From Anaerolineales bacterium (GTDB lineage: Bacteria; Chloroflexota; Anaerolineae; Anaerolineales; Villigracilaceae), in the NCBI GenBank assembly GCA_050014715.1, contig JBEKCT010000002.1:1331-65330 (forward strand): a stretch of 64,000 bases of DNA. The letters are read 5' to 3'. The notes below the pieces were generated by a model. The model was not told the origin of the DNA, made no database searches, and saw only the letters and a program-made list of their open reading frames with translations. Both the position numbers and the translations under genes were made by a program. This document shows positions 63,403 to 64,000 of this stretch, piece by piece (position 1 is the stretch's first letter; each line of letters opens with the position of its first letter).

Positions 63403-63817
63403 AGAGAAGGGGTTGCCACTCGAGAATGAATAATTACGCTTTCTATTGTACACTTACCAACCTACAGGAATGGAGATATTTACATGGGATTAAATGACCT
63501 CACTGGAATTTTGACCGCCCGCCGGCATGGAACTCCTCCGAAGATCGTCGTAGGTTTCCCGATTTGCCGGGACGGAGATGATCGCAGCCTGGTTTGGATA
63601 CGTACTTCAAATGGTAGGACGTTCCTGGGCGGCCCGCGCACGGTCCAGCTGCCTTGCTAGGAAACAACGAAATACAGGTCCCCGGATTCCGGCGGTTTCC
63701 GATACCGATCTCCCATCCCTATCCCCTAATGGGGACTTTGCTCTGACTAAGGAGATCGAAACGATTTGGAAATTATATTCGCCTAGCTGATGTCCTTTTC
63801 TGTTGCTTCGACATAAT

Positions 63818-64000
63818 CTAAAAGCCCGGTTTATTATCGGCCATCGGCAGAGGCTCTTCAACTTTACCCCGGGCTTTGTCATATTCGGCAAGATCTTCAC
63901 GTGACATGGGCTGGTCGTTATCGTCTTTTATACCGCGGAAAAACTCGCTGAGATAGCCCTGATAAACTGGCGTTACCATACTTGAAAGCATGGCAACTGC
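63818..64000 (-). CDS. hypothetical protein, C-terminal 60 codons (5' end outside window)
   Basis: An open frame enters from the right edge, ..AVAMLSSMVTPVYQGYLSEFFRGIKDDNDQPMSREDLAEYDKARGKVEEPLPMADNKPGF*, with its stop at 63820-63818. No family recognised. Confidence 0.3.
   Translation of the reverse strand, partial: AVAMLSSMVTPVYQGYLSEFFRGIKDDNDQPMSREDLAEYDKARGKVEEPLPMADNKPGF

Noticed and set aside
1-64000. A search by eye for rRNA genes, tRNA genes (T-loop GGTTCGAATCC-like strings in intergenic DNA) and CRISPR arrays.
   Set aside because: No rRNA-like or tRNA-like segments were found. The only tandem repeat (32487-32515) has just two 14-nt units with a 1-nt gap, which is not a CRISPR architecture.
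56700-64000. A prophage or defence island around dinD.
   Set aside because: There is no integrase, capsid/terminase, restriction-modification, nuclease-ATPase or toxin-antitoxin signature that I can recognise. I saw only pseudogene fragments, an IS relic and housekeeping-type enzymes.

Overview
This is a bacterial chromosomal segment. By eye it is moderately GC-rich, with AT-rich intergenic and IS patches. I saw no rRNA, tRNA or CRISPR array. The lipoprotein-type solute-binding protein with a long Thr/Pro/Ala linker and the frequent TTG/GTG starts hint at a monoderm, possibly Chloroflexota-like, host; this is a low-confidence inference.

About 55 credible genes are present, and almost all concern sugar/polyol uptake, isomerisation and redox chemistry. 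They sit in six tightly packed, co-oriented blocks:
- (A) minus strand, 7996-16544: rbsD (frameshifted), Gfo/Idh/MocA, Hyi-like TIM barrel, acoA, acoB, acoX, acoC, SDR, Zn-ADH.
- (B) plus strand, 17001-22612: Zn-ADH, butanediol-DH-like ADH, SDR, VOC, MBL-fold protein, cupin.
- (C) minus strand, 23865-31805: gntR, E1alpha, E1beta, E2, beta-hydroxyacid DH, E1alpha, E1beta, epimerase.
- (D) plus strand, 32579-39606: sorC, SIS, Zn-ADH, SAF-domain oxidoreductase, FucI-like isomerase, FGGY kinase.
- (E) plus strand, 40173-54415: CUT2 ABC transporter, split transketolase, ribokinase, M24-like protein, RpiB::cyclase fusion, RpiB, E1alpha, E1beta, E2.
- (F) minus strand, 54630-56489: psicose/tagatose-3-epimerase-like protein plus a second TIM barrel.

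The left flank (1-7900) holds IS relics, a transaldolase-like gene, a tartrate-DH-like gene, a non-pyrrolysine MttB homologue, a LacI regulator and an M24 hydrolase. The right flank (56.7-64 kb) is a decayed mosaic: an IS1380 pseudogene, duplicated gene fragments and short repeats, a quinone-oxidoreductase-type ADH, a glycerate kinase and dinD.

The headline candidate is a set of four diverged acetoin-dehydrogenase-type E1 alpha/beta pairs and three lipoyl-E2 cores, with no E3 in the window. All are wired into sugar/polyol operons, and one operon carries two E1 pairs around a single E2. This suggests an undescribed family of ketose/acyloin-cleaving, CoA-conserving complexes in carbohydrate catabolism.

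Secondary items include:
- an RpiB::cyclase fusion;
- a reversed-order split transketolase;
- an orphan MttB next to an IS scar;
- a perfect 44-bp GntR-type palindrome carrying back-to-back -10 boxes;
- a 13-nt motif shared by three consensus-like promoters.

All functional calls come from reading motifs by eye. No database search was run.
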